64,000 nt of DNA from Callorhinchus milii (lineage: Eukaryota): the NCBI RefSeq assembly GCF_018977255.1, contig NW_024704742.1, positions 43,092,001-43,156,000 on the forward strand, read 5' to 3'. Each line of letters opens with the position of its first letter. Within the stretch, counting starts at the first letter, position 1. The position numbers and the translations under genes are program-made. A model generated the notes under the pieces. That model saw only the letters and a list, made by a program, of their open reading frames with translations. It ran no database searches and was not told where the DNA came from. Positions 21,631 to 34,460 of this stretch are shown in pieces.

Positions 21631-24121
21631 TATTGTTCTCATTTGCACCCATTCTATCTCTTACAGAATAGACTGTAAAGTGAATTGACTGTATATTCTG
21701 TGACTTTATATTTTGTATATAATAAGCTTTTGCAAACTATCCCTGAACATTTATTATTGACATGATTAGACTGTAGTAATAATAATAATAATATTATGAT
21801 TAGACTGTTTTAACATGGTATGGAGAAATCACTCATCCAGAAAACATTTCCGCGCAACATATTTTCTGACACTCACTTTCTATGGACTAAGAGTCTGTAG
21901 AGCAGAAGAAACAAAGCTATGATAGCAATATCTTAGAAACAAACACAATGAAAAACACATTGTTGAAACAAAATGTTAGATTTTGTTAGTTGGCTCATTA
22001 GAACAGAATATTTCTTTGGATCTAATGTTCACAACGAAGAGATTGTCAAAATAAAAACTGGAAGAGCTTTATAGTTAGTAAGCTTACATTCTCAGTCAAA
22101 TGATTAAAGCATTGAGTCTTTAACAAACCAGGGAGAATTTTTTTCTGAAAAAATATTTTGTGAAGTACCGTGGAGAATAGATTACAATCGGAAATCAAGT
22201 GATTTGCAATTGAAGACAATAGATATTTAACATCAGAATACAAAACTAAAAATTTGTTCATTCTGTCACTAAAACATGCAAATAATATGTCATCCCCAGA
22301 ATACAGGAATGTCTATCATAAAATAATTACAATATTTGATGAATTATCTTAGTCCGCATCAAAATTGATTTCTTATCGGTTTTCTAATCATATCTAATCA
22401 TGGGGTTGGTTACAAAGAACATCAAAGTGATGAAGTTGTGTTTCTGATTTCCCCTTGCATTATAGATACACTATTAGAATATGCATTGTGGTTATTTCAC
22501 TTATATTAAAGATAATTGCTTTATTGTCATCTCCTTTTGGGGTGTGACTAATTATTGCACATTTCGCATTCAAAATGATATTGGATAATGTAGTAATCTC
22601 TGTTCTGCCTCTGGTATTTGATTTTGAATAAGAAATTAAACCTTGAAATTGCAAGGTCTCTGCTGGTAATCACTGCCTAAGTACCCCTTAATGTCAGAGG
22701 CAAAGTAAAACAATTTCCCTTAGTTTAAAGAACTTTAGATACAACTAATTCTTCTCTTAAATATGCAAAGGTCAATAAGAAAAAGACAGGAAAACAGTGA
22801 TTGATGAAAGTTCGGTAGATTAAATATATTTTTTGCTTTGTAAGATGAACAGAGTTAATTCAGAGTGCAATATAATAAGAAATCTCACCTGAAGTTGTAT
22901 CTCATTCTCTGCTGCTGCAAAACAGCCTTGCACCAGCTTCTAGATGAAATCATAGCTGGCATTTCAATAACTGGAGAACTTTGTGAGATAAATGGCAATG
23001 CCAGTTGACAGGACCTCAACAGTAGTTATTGAGTTACAATGGTAAAGTTTACATTACTCTGGATTTAGTTAAAGACAGCATATAGAAGACGAATTGTAAG
23101 ACGACATCAAACAAGATTGTGTTTATGCAGTGACAGCAGTAATCCAATTGAAGAGACTGGTGATTTCCCTCTGGCAAAGTACAGTTTCCCCAGAGTGATT
23201 TTTATTAAAAGAGTGGAAGCCATATATTGAGTCCATCAGAAACTAGACACAGCTAAGCATTAAGCAATTGTTGTTCTTCTCAAATGCTGCCTTTCAATAC
23301 ATCTGCTGTCAAAATTAATATAGCTGGTCAAACATCACATTTTTATTAAAATTTTGTCTTCACATTGAATGTTTGTTTAATAATTAATATTCACTATTTT
23401 ACACAAGTAAAACTCATGTGCCACCTTGCTAAGGTATTTGCAATTGACTGTCTCCAGGGTGAAATCTATTGTTTAAAAACTTTTTGGTTACAATGAACCA
23501 ACTCAACACTGGTTTCTTGCATTTGGACAACAAATCTTGAAACTGCAGATCTGAACCTTATAGGTAATTATAGAATCATAGAAAAAAAATTAAACACTTA
23601 AAGAGTAAAAGGGAATGGATGTACTTTTTGTGCTAGTTCAGTAGCAAGGAAATCATTTGTTAGCTGCATTGATTGCCTTTAGGGCTTTCCAACAACTGCA
23701 AAGAGTTTCAACTAGTCACAGCTTAGCATGCAAGGGGCACTTTGACAAGGTAATTGGACAGTTGAACAAGGTGGCCAGACTTAGCAACCACACAGAGGGA
23801 CAGGATTCTGCAAGCCTGCAACACAGATTTATTATTGGAATTTGGGAACCTGGATTTTATTGGGGAATTTGAAAGTTGGGTATCCTCCAGCTCTTACATT
23901 TCTATGCCACATGTCCTGGGTCCTGTGTTACCAAACTTCTCTCATCCATGTCAACCTTTGCCCAAAAAGGAAGTTCACAAACTATTATTATTATCATTTT
24001 TATTAAAAGGTACTTTCTAGTCCATAGTACACAGACTTGTTCACATTTCTTTACCATGAAAATTCATGCCAACTTCAATATTTCAAAAAATCCCCATGTA
24101 CCAACATCCCCGAAGAAGTTA

Positions 24122-24203
24122 AAAACAAAAACAGAAGTCGCTGGGAACAATCAGCAGGTCAGGCAGCATCTATGGAGAAAGGAAAGTGAGTCAACTCCAG
24201 AAC
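24122..24203 (-). repeat. Penelope-like terminal-repeat fragment
   Basis: AAAACAGAAGTCGCTGGGAACAATCAGCAGGTCAGGCAGCATCTATGGAGAAAGG..GAGTCAAC is a recognisable chondrichthyan repeat and the reverse complement of the family at 3360-3465. Confidence 0.55.
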
Positions 24204-25065
24204 TTCCCAAAGAAGTTACCAGAGAAACAGTTGAGGAGAATGTTAGCGTTCCCGTAATTATATTCACATATGACACATTTCACAATTTTGAAAATCCAAT
24301 GAAAGACATAACTAGAGAAGGGGCATTTGTCCATTCCAGCAATGTTATCTGTGTGCAGTGTTTTATGAAAGTGTCTTGTGGAATATTTTATTAGTTCAGA
24401 TGGGAAAGAAAATTCAGTAGGGGATCTCTTCAGGTGCTTTATTTTCCTGTATGCGCAATTGCCTTCTCAAATCATTACTAAAGATAGTTGTGTTTTTTCC
24501 CTCCTTCCTGTAGGAATGTCATTATATACTCCATCATATCTTCGACCTGGCTGGGAGAAGACACATCTCTTGTCATTTACTGTGAAGGCTGACCACGTTT
24601 TGAGTGCCGCTGTGACAGAAGGAACCTGCACCAGCATGTACAAAAGGGATGAGCTGCTTGAAGCAGTAGATGATGGCATCAAGGTGTTAAAGGGGAATAA
24701 AGTTGCTATAACCACCACATGCATCCCAAAGGTCATTATGCTTGCAGGATCAGTGAAAATAAAGTGGCTTCCAGGGGAAAGCTGACATTTCCAGTGTAGC
24801 ATGTGAATCAGCTAGCAGATGTTGGGAGTACATTCAAGCTCACTCCACAAGTTCAATACACCATGGGCATGGACTCAAAACAGGAATAGAGATATCCACA
24901 TCTAGCCAAATTATTCCAAATTTGTTGAAGGAATGCCTGAAGTTGATTTTGAAATCCTAGCAATTGGTTTAGTGCATCCAGTAGAACAGCTAACATATCC
25001 CAAAACACAAGCTGAGTAGATTGTATCTGCCATTGTGTGGAGAAGCAGTTTTTAGAATAGCAGCT
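24200..25065 (+). pseudogene. Probable decayed hAT (Ac/ZBED-like) transposase fossil
   Basis: Collinear degenerate motifs across frames: VIIFTYDT, CVQCF, RPGWEKT, ELLEAVDDGIKVLKGNKVAITTTCIPKVIML, RYPHLAKL, PSNWFSAS, VEKQFLE. Confidence 0.45.
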
Positions 25066-25121
25066 TTCTTAAAAATGTCTTTTTTAATAATACAATACAG
25101 ATTTGTATTCATATATCGTCT

Positions 25122-25975
25122 TTACAAAGGGACTTAGATAGATTAAGTGAGTGGGCAAAACTGTGGCAGATGGAATTTAATGTGGGGAAGTGTGAGGTCA
25201 TTACTATGGATCCAAAAATAGCAAAACAGAATATTTTCTAAATGGTGAGAAAATAAGAACTGTGGAAGAGCAAAGGGATTTGTCCACATACACAAATCAC
25301 TAAAATCAAGCTCACAGGTGTAAAATATTATAAAGTGGCTAAATGGATGTTGGCCTTTATCTCAACAGGGTTGGAATATAAAGTAGAGAAAATGATGCTT
25401 CAACTATATAGAACCTTGGTCAGACCCCATCTGGAGTACTGCATTAAATTTTGGGCACCGCGTCCTAGGAAGGATATATTGGCTCTGGAGGGGGTGCAAT
25501 GAAGATTCACCAGAATAATACCAAGGCTAAAAAGGTTAAATTATGATGACAGGTTGCATAAACTTGGTCTCTATTCTCTTGAGTTTAGAAGATTGAGGGG
25601 TGATCTGATTGAGGATTTTAAAATAAGGGCAGATACAGAGAAACTAGTTCCTCTGGAAGAGGAATCCAGAACAAGGGGGCATAATCTTAAAATTAGAGCT
25701 AGGCCATTTAGGAGTGAAATCAGGAGGCAGTTTTTCACCCAAAGGGTAGTGGAAATATGGAACTCTCTTTCCCAAAAGGCTGTGGATGCTGGATCTATTC
25801 ACATCTTCAAGACTGAGGTGGATAGCCAATTGTTAATTCAGTTTATTAAGGGATATGGGGCAAGGGCGGGTAATTGGAGTTGAGGTGCAGATCTGCCATG
25901 ATCTTATTGAATGGCGAAACAGGCTCAAGGGGCTGAATAGTCCACTCCTGTTTCTATGTTTCTGTGTTTCTATGT
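25122..25975 (+). mobile_element. CR1 LINE 3' fragment (~850 bp)
   Basis: LQRDLDRLSEWAKLWQMEFNVGKCEV...LGLYSLEFRRLRGDLIE...FFTQRVVEIWNSL, then a 3' UTR with a (TTTCTATG)n tail. Confidence 0.95.
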
Positions 25976-26174
25976 TAATGTTGGGAGGCCATCCTAAAAT
26001 ACTTAACAGTACTACTGGGCAGTTTGAGATTATTTGGAAAGAGTTTCCTCGTTCAAATTACAATTATCCCCACTTGCCTTATCAAAGTTCTTTATTCAGT
26101 CATATCATTGTTAATGCTGTACACATATTAAAGGAAGTTCTGAGCTTTATAGGCTCTTTATTATGAATATTAAG

Positions 26175-26495
26175 TATAATCCTTGCATTTGATATAGAGC
26201 TTTTCACATTGGGAAGATGTTTCATAGCACTTCACGAGATTCACTGTAAAATATTTGTAGGCAACCACAGCAGCCAATGTGTGCACAGCAGTGTCCCACA
26301 AACAGGCATAAAGTGAATGACTAATTTTAGCTTAGGGTTTTTTTGGTCAGGATATCAGAAAACCCTTCCTTCTCTCTTTTGAAAGAGTGCCATGGCACAT
26401 TTAACGTCCACCTAAACAACAGAAGGAACCTTGGTTTAATGTATTATTCGAAGGATGTGCTCCCAACTGAGCTACCAACTGAGCCAGGCTGACAC
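26175..26495 (-). mobile_element. Old DeuSINE with internal deletion
   Basis: ATAATCCTTGCATTTG tail, GCACAGCAGTGTCCCACAAAC core, head GCTACCAACTGAGCCAGGCTGACA. Confidence 0.8.
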
Positions 26496-27899
26496 CTGTC
26501 AGGCTAATACTTATTACTTGTGCTGCTGGGTTTCTAAACTCCTACAGGGTATGCACGTGTTGGTAGGATATGTCATTGCAACAAGTCTACTAATGTCTGA
26601 GCACAGCAGAGGTAACGTGATAATAGTGTGGGCATCTGACAGCTTGGTCTCATAGTGACATACATTGCTGGGTATGTTGGGAAAAAAGTTCTATACTTAT
26701 ATTGTGCATTATCAATTATTTCTAAGATGACACGTTCAGTCCTTCTAAGCTGAGCTTTCTGAATGCTTGTGCTAAATGTAACAGCTGCAACAGATCGCTT
26801 GTCTTAACACAGACAAAAGGGATGGAATTTGCAGAATAAGATTATGTTGGACCTTAAATGAACAGTTAATAAATTATAATTAAAGTTTTGACAATGTTAC
26901 TGTATTTTTTTTGCACCAAAAAGCTATTTTTTAAAAAATGGGACAACCAATGCTTGTCTCTTAAAATTCTATCCTTAACTATTTTAATGTCCTGATGGAA
27001 TTTTCGGCTCACAGTGCCTCAATAGCCAAATTTAGCAAACCATTCAATATTTAATAACTCTCTGTGTAGGCAAACATTTATTCTCTATCTTTCTGTGACA
27101 ATGCTGAGCTTAGGCCCTTTTGTTACCGATGCACCAAAGAGTGGGAATACATATTCACTATTTATCCTTTCAAAACCTTTAAGAATTTAGTTCGAAGATT
27201 TCTATTGGATCTCTTCCTAATCATTTCTGTTTATTGGAAACAGCTCCAATTTTTTGAGGCTATGAACCTCGGTTTAATGTCTAAAGAGTCCATGCTAGTG
27301 TGTATAATTTATCCAAGCTCCCAGCCCTTCCACGCACCTCTCGTTTGCCTTTCTACTCCCTTCTCCCTCATATATATGTTAAGTTTCCTCTTAAATATAT
27401 TGATGCTTTTTGCTTCAAAAATAGCCTCTTCCAATGAGTTCCACAATTTCACCACGTCTCTGGGAAGACCAATCTCCTAAATTCACTTTTAGATCTATTA
27501 GTGGCTATCTTATATTTATGTACTGTTGTTTTCTACAAGGTTCAATATATCTGTTTTAAGAATGGTGATTTTCACACCCAGAAAGACATGAATTGGCTAG
27601 AGTACTGTGAAATGTATTGATATTTTTTTCTTATTATAAAATCTAGGCACTTCTTATGGAGGTGCTGTGATAACAGATTTCTGCATTTGTGCTGCATCAT
27701 AAAAGAAACTGTTTAAATTAAAACAGAATTATTACATCTTTGCTTGGTCCAATTGCTAGAGGCTGCATTATAAGTGAGACATAAATAAATGACTTTTCTT
27801 GATGTTGCTTTCCATGCACTGTGCATGTGCTCTATGCACAAGAAGCACCATTGATGTCACTTCCTTTGTGAACTATCAACAGCCCCAGTGCATAGTGTC

Positions 27900-29375
27900 C
27901 ACGGGTGGCAGTAGGTAGTGGGTTGGGGAGAAAGCAGTTCGAAGAGGTAGGGAGGCATGAAGGGATTTGGAAACGAGGATCTTGAAATCAATCCGTTTGG
28001 CAAAATGGAGCCAATGGAGCCTGGCTAGAACTGTTGTGATGTGCTGCAGAGTTTATAATAATAATAACCCTTGCATTTGATATAGCGCTTTCCACGTCTT
28101 CTCGACATCTCAATGTGCTTCACAGAATATACTGTAAAGTGAATTGACTGTATATTTGTGGGCGAAAAGCGGCAGCCAATTGCGCACAGCAGTGTCCCTC
28201 AAACAGTCGTGGATTGAAAATGAACAATTTTTTTGTTTTGTTTTGGAGGGATTATTATTAGGTGTGTGGAGTAAGGAAACTTGCCCAAGGTTTTGCCCTG
28301 TCTGGAATTGAACCCAGGTGTCTCGCTTGCAAGGCGAGTGCTCTAACCACTGAGCTACAGGACTCAGTTTAGTACGAATGAGCATGTGGGTGGCGGAGTT
28401 TTGGGTCAGCTGGAACCTCTGCAGGGTGAACTGAGGGAGATTGGCAAAGTGGGCAGGAGGTGACGAACACACAGGACATAAACAAGTATTTTGGCTGCGT
28501 CTGGGGTAAGATAGGATCTGAGCCGGAAATTGTGGCAGAGGCGGAGGAAGGCAGTCCTGGTCAGGGACTGGTTGTGGGTAAGGAAGGACAGCTGTGGGCT
28601 GAACCTCACACCTAGGTTGCTCACTGGTTTGGTGAGTCTGAGGGATAGGCTGGGGAGGTTGAGGAGAAGGTCAAAACCGCAGGATAGAAGACATTGACTG
28701 GAGCCAAGGATTGTGGATTCTTGCTGACATTTAATTGCAAAAAGTTTGCACTCATGCAGGCTCTGATGTCGGCCAGACAAGCCGACAGAACATCGACAGA
28801 CCTGGAGTTGCAGCTGGAGGAGGAGAAGTAGATTTGTGTGTCATCCGCATACATGTGGAAGTTTACCGCGTGTCTGTGTATGACATCGCCCAGAGGGAGC
28901 ATATAGATGAGGAAGAGGATGGAGCACTGGGGTGCACCACAGGTGCCCAGTTGGGGGCAGATTGAGAAATCGCTTGAACAAAAACAACAACAACAAAATT
29001 ACATTTATAGAGCGTCTTTCACGTCGGGAGGATGTTCCAAAGCACTGAACAGTGAAAGAGACAAAGTGAAGGCTGTCTATTAGGTAGGACGTGAACCAGG
29101 ATAGTACGGTCCCACTAAGGTGCCTGAGGGAGGAGAGGCGGTGGATGAGGATGTTGTGGTCGACTGTGTCTAATGCGGCAGAGAGATCGAGGAAGACAAG
29201 GAGGTAGAGGGAGCCCTGATCACAGAGAGAGAGAGAGCCAGAGGCCGTCAGTTGTGACCTTGACAAGCGTCATTTGTGACCGTCTCTGTGCTATGGGCAG
29301 AGCAGAAACCAGACTGGAGGGGCTTAAGGTAGGAGTGGAGAGAGAGGTGTGAGCAAACCTGGTTAGTGACAAAGC
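27900..29375 (-). mobile_element. L2 LINE ORF2 fragment carrying a nested SINE and a nested L2 tail (~28980-29055)
   Basis: [69 protein letters not shown]. Confidence 0.93.
28056..28365 (-). mobile_element. Young tRNA-Ala SINE with 6-bp target-site duplication
   Basis: Full-length SINE flanked by AGTTTA at 28050-28055 and 28366-28371. Confidence 0.95.
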
Positions 29376-30141
29376 AAGACTATCAGTTATAGGTGGGGCA
29401 GTGCTATACTGGGGGCGGCGGTGGGGGGAGAGGGAGGGAGGGAGGATATTATTAGATTTTCCCTGAAGTTGTATTCTTTAGTCTTTCTTGAATAATTCCT
29501 AACATATCATAGCAAAACCTCTAGGCAAAGCTTTTTTCATTCATAAAAATATAGCATTATGGTAACAGCCACAGTTCTGTGGATCTCATCAGTTACAACA
29601 CCATTGTCAATGCAGAGAATTCACCCAAGCCCTGAGGGAATAGAATAATTAAATTCCTTTTTCATTCTTGGAGAATATATTTGAATTTGCAGATTTACCT
29701 ACACATGCTTTTAAGATCCTAGCTAAATCTGATTAGCTACTATTACGCACAGTTGCAATGCACTAGATTAGCTTTGTTATCTGGTAACATCTGTTGCATT
29801 ATTAGGATAATGATGCAGAACAATCCTAAAACTGAATTAACTAACAAATAAAGGCTACGTGAAATGTCAATATAAGTGAACTCAACTGCATAATATGGAA
29901 GTGATAAAGCATCTGTGGTTGTAGAAAATGTTATAAGGTATATAAATATTATAACAGTCTGATAGCTTCTGATCCCAATTTTACCACTGTTATGGCTGAG
30001 AAGAAACCCATTTCTTTTTTTAAAAAAACTTAAAATAACAATCGCTTTATTATGCTGCCCAGTTTGACCTGAGATATATCATCAAAGAAGGGTCCAGGTT
30101 TTACTGCTGGCCTGCACTGAAAACTGTAAGTAAGCTGTAAG

Positions 30142-30681
30142 ACAGGTAAATTTGCATAAATCATATCAATCAGGACCATTACATTATCTGATTTACGTGG
30201 AGTACAAGTTACGGGTAAACTAACAAAAGTCATATTTGACAACTTAATGCGACTTACACAAAGTTTGTCTTTTGTGGCACAATGAAGAGTTAAGATTTTG
30301 TTTTCTGCGCTTGTTTCAGACAAGGCAATAAGTGCACATGCGATGCTTCTTCAATGCAACCGGTAAGTACGAATGTGGTGATGGGTGAAGACCTTGTTTC
30401 CTGCGCTTGTTTCAAAGGCAGCACTGTACATGCTGTATTTCAGCAATCCTTCTGGTAAGTATGGTAGCAGTGAAACAAGTTAGAAGATGATTTGCATAAG
30501 GATTTAAGATTGTTGGGGACCACAAAACTGTTATGATTTAGCCGTTTATCCGTTTGTAAAATATGTCTGGTGCAACGAAATCTAAGTGTTTTTTTGTAGC
30601 AAAATGAATTGGACTTGGGTGCATGCATGACATAAGCGATTATACAATTTATAACAAGATGATTTATGCAAGTTTACCTGT
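30142..30681. mobile_element. Inverted-repeat-bounded element (possible old non-autonomous DNA transposon)
   Basis: ACAGGTAAATTTGCATAAATCAT (30142-30164) vs ATGATTTATGCAAGTTTACCTGT (30659-30681), 22 of 23 complementary. An internal direct repeat TTGTTT(T/C)CTGCGCTTGTTTCA is also present. Confidence 0.45.
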
Positions 30682-30699
30682 TGTACTAATACAGAGATA

Positions 30700-31045
30700 A
30701 TATGTATTTAGCTAATCTCAATAAGGGCAGTGCAGGGTATACTGCACTGCAGTCGGTCTCAGTAACTATGGGCTAGAAATAGCCAAAGATTTGCTTTCCA
30801 AATCAAAATTCTATGACCTATGCTGGGATCTTTGTACAAGGAGGACAACACTAAAACAAATATACTTATATTAGTGAGTACTGTAGGCTTGACTCTGATG
30901 CCCTTCATAGTTGAACAGCATGACAACATTATCCAGATATGCACATTGAGAATGGTGAATTGGGTGAGGTATTTAAGTGGTGACTACCAGCAGCCATGGA
31001 GATGAATTCCTGCATTAGTCAATGCCTTTAGGAGATAGCTAGAGG
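30700..31045 (+). mobile_element. MER131-like ancient SINE, most of its length
   Basis: TTAGCTAATCTCA..GGGCAG...GGTCTCAG..TGGGCTAG...CTGATGCCCTTCATAGTTGAACAGC...GAATGG..TTGGGTGAGGTA...AGTCAATGCCTTTAGGAGA. Confidence 0.6.
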
Positions 31046-33137
31046 TAAAACAATACAAGATTTTCAAATTATGAAGAGGAATGATAGATGTTTAGGCAGG
31101 AAATTTGTTTCCACTGATGAAAGTTTCATGAGCTGGGGTATATACTTTAAAATTAGGAGCAAATGCAGAATTCAGGCAGAACAGTTTCATACAAATACAG
31201 AGTATTAGAGAGAATGAATAGGCCAAGGATGGTGGTTATCGGAATGGAGAGTAAGTGTTTTGCATTCGGAAGTGGGGATGTTCTGTGCCTGGAAGAAAGC
31301 CTCACTGAGACTGGTGATTGCGGCTTCCAGAGAAAGTGTGGTTGGCAAGAGATTTCTTTGGGTCTTCAATTGTAAGTTACCTTAGAGAAAGTAATTGTGT
31401 GGTAAGGAAGGATTGAAAGTATCATGAGGGTTGCAAGTAAGTCATCTCAGTTGGTTTCGTGGAAATCCTATGACTGACTCCCTGCTTTTACCAATGTGTT
31501 TACATTTCAGTTTGTGTGCTATATCTTGGCAAATAGAGAAATCAGAAATTTTGGTCTGATTATTGTGGAATGATACAATCTCAACACCTTAAGTGCCATG
31601 AAAGAAAGCATTGTGTCATAATGTTTAACAATTTTAGAGATCAGAACCATACTCTAAAGAGAATTGTACCAATAAAAAACAACACAAACAATTATAATAA
31701 GTCAGATGAGCACTGGACTTTGGACTGGAAGGTTCTGGAATTAAATCGAAGTAGGTCATGTGGACCTTTTCTGTTTCAAAGTGAAATAAATAAGTGAAGT
31801 GGGGTCTCCCTGACAATTGACTCAGAGGAGATGATTGTGCAAAGACACACAGGCCAGTCTGTAGTAACCACTAGGCTAAAGTTCTAAATTTTTGCAAACC
31901 GTATCTCTAACAGGTCCTAAACGAACAAATGCCAGGCTTTGTGGTAATTATTTCATAAGAAACAGATTTGCTATAATTTATTGAATTGCTAATTTTCAAT
32001 ATAAAACACAAACTATATAATGCAACATATTCAATATGACACTATTAGTATCGATAAGTCAATATTATTCATCTACAAAATCTACACTTTAAAATATATC
32101 CTGCGAAGCATTTTGAGACACCCTCCCGATGTGAAAGGCACTGTATCAAATGCAAGGATTTGTTATTATTATTATTTTTATACCTATGGATTTCTCATTT
32201 TAGAGTGAATACTGCATAAATGTCTCTGAGGCATCAAATTCCAAATTTAGGATGGAAATAAAATTCACCCCTTCCAGTGGTTATACTGAGCCCAGATTCC
32301 ATTATAATGTTGTGACAGTATAAATGATATCTTGAGTCCCTGTGGAGTTCCTATTTCTTCTCAAACTTGGAGAGTAAATATAATAATATCAGTGATGGGC
32401 AGCATCTCTTTATTAGTGGATGTGTGTGGAATTCGAGAGCAATCACACGTGATATAGCACAGGGTTAACATCTATTCATAAAAGCAGCTACAGATCTGTA
32501 AACCCTAAACAATAAAACAAAGCTGTCTAAATAAATGCAGTACTACATGTTCAAATTCAACTGAAGCATAATAAAGATAATGCAATTTAATTAACTATGC
32601 ATCCAGAAGTCTCTTGCTGGTACTTATGGAGTGAAATTTCTGTAAACATGCTCTATGGAATATGTAACAGCAAGCAGTAAGTCTGCTGTTCATAATATTC
32701 AAATAGATAATATCTGATGTAGAAGCACTTATCTAAAGAAGTATTACACTTTATCACTTTCGTCTTTCATGGATGTCTGTCTAAGATTCTCTGCTTTTCT
32801 GTTCTCACATTCCTTGTCAGATTCTATTGAGTGATAGACTGCTCATTTATTAATATTAAGGATTCTTAAATGAGCATATTCTCCTGGGGTCAGACTATTC
32901 TCTCAGCACAATTTACGTTCACTACATGCATACATACACTAATCAAAGTTAGTGATTCTCAGAGTATCATTATGTTCACATTTAGCTTCTAATGCTGTAT
33001 AGCTTCATCTTGTATCCGACAGAAAATAATCACTATTGTAATTCCCCTTGTTTATAGATATTCAAAACAGTGATCAAATTAGATCTATTTTCTTGGATTC
33101 TGTATGTTGCTTAGGAGCCAGCTCCACTGGATTCACT

Positions 33138-33355
33138 AATAACAACAAAAAATTATGTGTATAGCGTCTTTCACATCAGGAGGACTTCCCACGGTGTTGG
33201 ACAGTAAAGCATTTGGACCTGAGCTGGAGGTGGGGATCAGAAGTGGTTGAGAGCAGGGAGGATAAGGGTAGGAGGGTAATCAAAGTCGTGGTCGAAGAGG
33301 CAGGTCTTGAGATGGACTTTGAAAGGAGGCAAGGAGGGAGCCAGGCGAAGGTGAT
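33138..33355 (-). mobile_element. L2 3' end fragment
   Basis: AACAACAA..TATAGCGTCTTTCACATCAGGAGGAC tail, then GGACCTGAGCTGG body as at 50950. Confidence 0.8.
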
Positions 33356-34014
33356 AAAAGCTGAAAAATCTGCAGTATTTTATTTAACTAAAATCCTGAG
33401 CTATTTCCTTTTACAGAAAAGACTAAGCATTTGCAATTCAACCTTCAATGGAATTGTAATGTTGGCGGATTAAGATAACATGAATCATGCATTTAGAGAA
33501 ATAAAAGCAGTGCAAAAACAAATTGCCACTTTTGTAGCAATTTAACAAAATCTAAATAGAATTTAAAAATGTATTCAGCTTTGTGCTCATAAATATGACT
33601 GTCACTATTGCTAAACAATGAAAGACTCATTGGAATATCGAGTGTCAAAATCAACCACCAGTCAGGTATATCTCCTACTCTAACCCAGCAGTGGGGTTGA
33701 AAATGTACTCATGGGATAAACTGCATGATAAGTGGCACATCACATCAGAAAAAAGCCCTCATGACATAAAGAGCATGTATATCATGCCAACCTGTGAGAA
33801 TGCGGCTCTGATCAGATCGCAGGTTGGAACCTAGGTCTTGCAAGTCAATGTGAAATAGCTGCAATTCCCTGCAGGAAATGCTGTTTGAATCATAAGATTC
33901 TTTTTCCAGTGTGAAAAGCCATTTATGCTTCTATTTTAATGATAATCTTTGCATTTGATACAGCACCTTATCATTTATAGTCATGGGATACACCTGTGAC
34001 TGGAATAGCCTTTT

Positions 34015-34460
34015 GTTTGTTATCTGACATGTAAAAACCCATCATCATCATGCTTAAGATCCTCCACAATGGATTACTAAAAGTTCCACCTATGCATATT
34101 CCCTTCGCCAAGAATAGAGTGCATGCTCTCTCCTTGGAAGAATGCGCTGTACTCCAAGATAGTATTTGGCCAGATTGGAAAGTATCAAGGCTTGGAGACC
34201 TCAGTTTGTGTTCGGTTACTGCTTAAGTTAGATTGACTGGCAAGCTTCCTCCTGCTTGTCCAACTAGGACCACCCTGCCCATTACAGCACTGGCTTGGAG
34301 AGCTAACAGGAGTTGAGTGGGAAGTAGTGATAGGGCTATTTCTCCATGTCCTGTTGATGAGCCAGGCTGTCTGATCTGCCATCAGTATTGCTTTGGGGTA
34401 CCATGGACCTGCCTGGCTCACTAACTAGCAATATCACCACAGAGGGTTAACTCAATTACG
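34015..34460 (+). repeat. Ancient unclassified repeat family A, long copy
   Basis: Collinear over about 450 bp with the reverse complement of 44790-45290 and with 47520-47860. Confidence 0.8.

Noticed and set aside
22888..22938. Minus-strand micro-exon (KLVQGCFAAAENEIQLQ, CAG|GTGAGA); similar case at ~41327-41358
   Set aside because: Too short, no recognisable homology, and expected by chance at this window size.
23876..24802. Overlapping ORFs of 172, 135 and 111 aa as a host gene
   Set aside because: They run through a repeat fragment and lack splice structure. A frameshifted transposase relic explains them better.
29408..29445. G-rich tract and poly-C tracts (40430-40469) as functional G-quadruplexes
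   Set aside because: Low-complexity runs at or inside L2 remnants, with no promoter context.
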